The translations under genes were made by a program, and so were the position numbers. Source: Roseibacillus sp. (GTDB lineage Bacteria; Verrucomicrobiota; Verrucomicrobiia; Verrucomicrobiales; Akkermansiaceae). From it: 29,641 nucleotides of DNA. A model generated the notes under the pieces. It was not told where the DNA came from. It saw only the letters and a list, made by a program, of their open reading frames with translations, and made no database searches. Location: assembly GCA_965242925.1 (NCBI GenBank), contig CBDEUM010000003.1:1-29641 (forward strand), written 5' to 3'. This document shows, in pieces, positions 27,565-29,641 of this stretch (the stretch's first letter is position 1; each line of letters starts with the position of its first letter).

Positions 27565-28580
27565 TGCCTGGCATTGTCCGCACTCTCAAGAATGGTTACT
27601 GGGATCGCACCACCGTAGTCCGCGCCAGTGAGGGAACCCTCCGGGTCCGCAAGGAAAGCAGGGAAAGCGAAACCCCGGGCCCGTGGGCGCACGAGGCCCT
27701 CCGAAATGAGATCGCCTACCTGGAGAGTCTTCCAGAGGCTGCCGCAAAATTCTTCCCGACCCTTCTCTCCTCATGGGATGAGCAGACAATCGGGTATGAG
27801 ATCCCCTATTATCAGGATCGTCCCGATCTCGCCCGCCTCGTTCTGGACGGGGTTCCCGGTCCTGTTGATTGCGGAGAAATCCAGAACCAGCTCGCGGAAG
27901 CGGTTCTCGGCGGACTCCACTCCGCGGAACAGGCGGGAGGCGCTCCCTTCTGCGCCCACCTTGAGGCGGTTCTCAGCGAATCCCTGGAGACCCTTTCAGC
28001 CGTCGAAGTCTTCGAACCGATTGTGAATGGAACTCGTCTTCACCTGAACGGTCACCCGGTGCCTGGTCTTCGGGCCTCCCTCGCCCGACTCCGCGCCTCG
28101 GGAATCCTCAAACACCTCGCCCGGGAAACTTCCGTCCGCCTGCACGGGGATCTTATCCTCGAGAACATGCTCTGGTCACCCCTGCTCCTCATCGATCCGG
28201 TCTCGGTCACAGGACTGACCATGGGGCATCCCCTCTTCGATCTGGTCAAGCACGAGTCCTACGCCCGGGGGGAGCTGTATGCCATCCGGGAGGAACTGGT
28301 CACCGCTTGCCGCCTCTCCGACGGTTCCTACTCTCTGAAAATTCCGTGGGACGCCGAAGCCCTGCTCCCCTTTGATCGGATTGACCTGACCACCCAATTC
28401 CGGAAGCAATTCATCAGGCAGCATGGCGGAATTAATCCCAGCTTCTATCTCCTCATAGACGCCTACTTCTCCCTCGTGATGGCCCGCAACACTACCGGGC
28501 TACACCAGTTTGCCCGGGTCCTCAAGGGGTGCCAGAGTTTGGCCAGGGCCGGAGACCCAGATCCCGTCCTGCCCTGCTAG
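27561..28580 (+). CDS. APH/choline-kinase-fold phosphotransferase of unknown substrate
   Basis: VRK (beta3 Lys), NEI (helix C Glu), catalytic loop LHGDLILENML, LLIDP and FDLVK. The start overlaps the mtnA stop (GTGATG). Confidence 0.8.
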   Translation: MMPGIVRTLKNGYWDRTTVVRASEGTLRVRKESRESETPGPWAHEALRNEIAYLESLPEAAAKFFPTLLSSWDEQTIGYEIPYYQDRPDLARLVLDGVPGPVDCGEIQNQLAEAVLGGLHSAEQAGGAPFCAHLEAVLSESLETLSAVEVFEPIVNGTRLHLNGHPVPGLRASLARLRASGILKHLARETSVRLHGDLILENMLWSPLLLIDPVSVTGLTMGHPLFDLVKHESYARGELYAIREELVTACRLSDGSYSLKIPWDAEALLPFDRIDLTTQFRKQFIRQHGGINPSFYLLIDAYFSLVMARNTTGLHQFARVLKGCQSLARAGDPDPVLPC

Positions 28581-29641
28581 AGGCCTTTCACCTGCTGCTG
28601 GATTCCCCGGTAGCCCATTGAGAAGTAAATGAGGGTGACAAGGCACATCACTGCCAGGGCAGACCAGTAGCAGGTCCAGCCCCCGACCCCATCCACCACC
28701 ATCCAGTCGTAAAGTCTCCCGCACACCAGCGTCCCCACCAGTGAACCGAATCCCATGGAGGCAAAGGTGACCAGGGCCTGCACCTGGGCCCGGAACCGTT
28801 GGTCCACCCTCCGGTTGAGAAAGACGCGACCGGTCTCAAAGAAGAAGGTCCAGCAGATCCCGTGCAGGGAAAGCCCCACCAGGAGCCAGGCGTAGTGCGG
28901 AACAACCCCGGCGAAGGCAAAAAGAAGATAGCGAACCACCGCGCAGCTCATCGCCACCACCAGCAGAATCTTGATGCGCACCCGCTTGAGCCAGAACCCC
29001 ATCATCAGGAAGGCCACCACCTCGAAGATCTGACCCACCGTCATCCCTGCCGCCACCGAACTGAACCCCAGTCCACGGAGATGGATCGGAGTGTGCATGT
29101 AGAAGGCCGCCAACGGCACGGAGAGAAGAAAGGTCGAAACCAGATAGACCCGGTGGTCGCGGTTCTTGAAGATACTCAACGAGTCGAGACCGAGCGCGCT
29201 CTTCCAGCCTGTTGAATCCCGGGCCATCGGAGGGGTATGGGGAAGCAGGAAGGCGCACAATCCGGCCATGAGCCGGAGCCCAAAGGCTATATCTCCCACC
29301 TTGGTGGAGGCATCGAGACCGAACCAACTCACCGACCACCCCACCACGACCCAGCCGATCGTACCCCACACCCGGTAAAACCCGAAACTCTTCTCCTCGT
29401 CCTCTAGGCTGTTAAGCGCGATGGCGGTAAGCAACCCCCAGGCCGGGGCTGAGATCAGGGCATTGATCATCATGAAGATGAGAAAGAGTTTGGGGCTGCC
29501 TGCCTCGAGCGCGCGGAAGGCGGCCCACAGGAAGATCGCTCCGCCCATAATGATGATTCCGACCAGTTTCTCGGCCGGAATACGCTGATCGGCCCGCGCA
29601 CTGAAGAGGAGCGGGGAAATCATCCCCGCGATCGGTCCGAC
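28577..29641 (-). CDS. MFS nucleoside:H+ symporter-like permease (NupG-like), 5' truncated
   Basis: FGFYRVWGTIGW, LPHTPP, MTVGQIFEV, RYLLFA, LHGICWTFFF and RAQVQAL. The frame stays open to the window end. Confidence 0.88.
   Translation of the reverse strand, partial: VGPIAGMISPLLFSARADQRIPAEKLVGIIIMGGAIFLWAAFRALEAGSPKLFLIFMMINALISAPAWGLLTAIALNSLEDEEKSFGFYRVWGTIGWVVVGWSVSWFGLDASTKVGDIAFGLRLMAGLCAFLLPHTPPMARDSTGWKSALGLDSLSIFKNRDHRVYLVSTFLLSVPLAAFYMHTPIHLRGLGFSSVAAGMTVGQIFEVVAFLMMGFWLKRVRIKILLVVAMSCAVVRYLLFAFAGVVPHYAWLLVGLSLHGICWTFFFETGRVFLNRRVDQRFRAQVQALVTFASMGFGSLVGTLVCGRLYDWMVVDGVGGWTCYWSALAVMCLVTLIYFSMGYRGIQQQVKGL

Noticed and set aside
1..29641. CRISPR arrays, transposases, integrases, prophage or known defence genes
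   Set aside because: No regularly spaced repeats or corresponding protein motifs were seen by eye.

Overview
GC-rich bacterial chromosomal segment, most likely Verrucomicrobiota (inferred from an Amuc_1098-type secretin, a PVC-type heme-binding CxxCH protein and a lamin-tail surface protein). In order it holds: tRNA-Asn (cut at the window edge); a P-loop NTPase with a long disordered tail; a membrane-anchored AsmA-like protein; a secretin; topoisomerase IV parC/parE; a three-lamin-tail-domain secreted protein; a Tat-exported M15 peptidase; an NhaC-family transporter; a polyphosphate cluster (ppk2 divergent from ppx-like and ppk1); tRNA-Arg(CCG); a sulfatase coupled to an NPCBM/PVC-heme protein; mtnA coupled to an APH-fold kinase; and a 5'-truncated nucleoside MFS permease. 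I saw no mobile element, CRISPR array or rRNA. The best leads are (1) a Ppx homologue that has lost essentially all canonical catalytic residues and sits upstream of ppk1, (2) an orphan secretin + AsmA-like protein + NTPase trio whose latter two share a short terminal helix motif, and (3) mtnA with a non-canonical kinase and a convergent nucleoside permease. All family calls are from motif recognition by eye; no searches were run.
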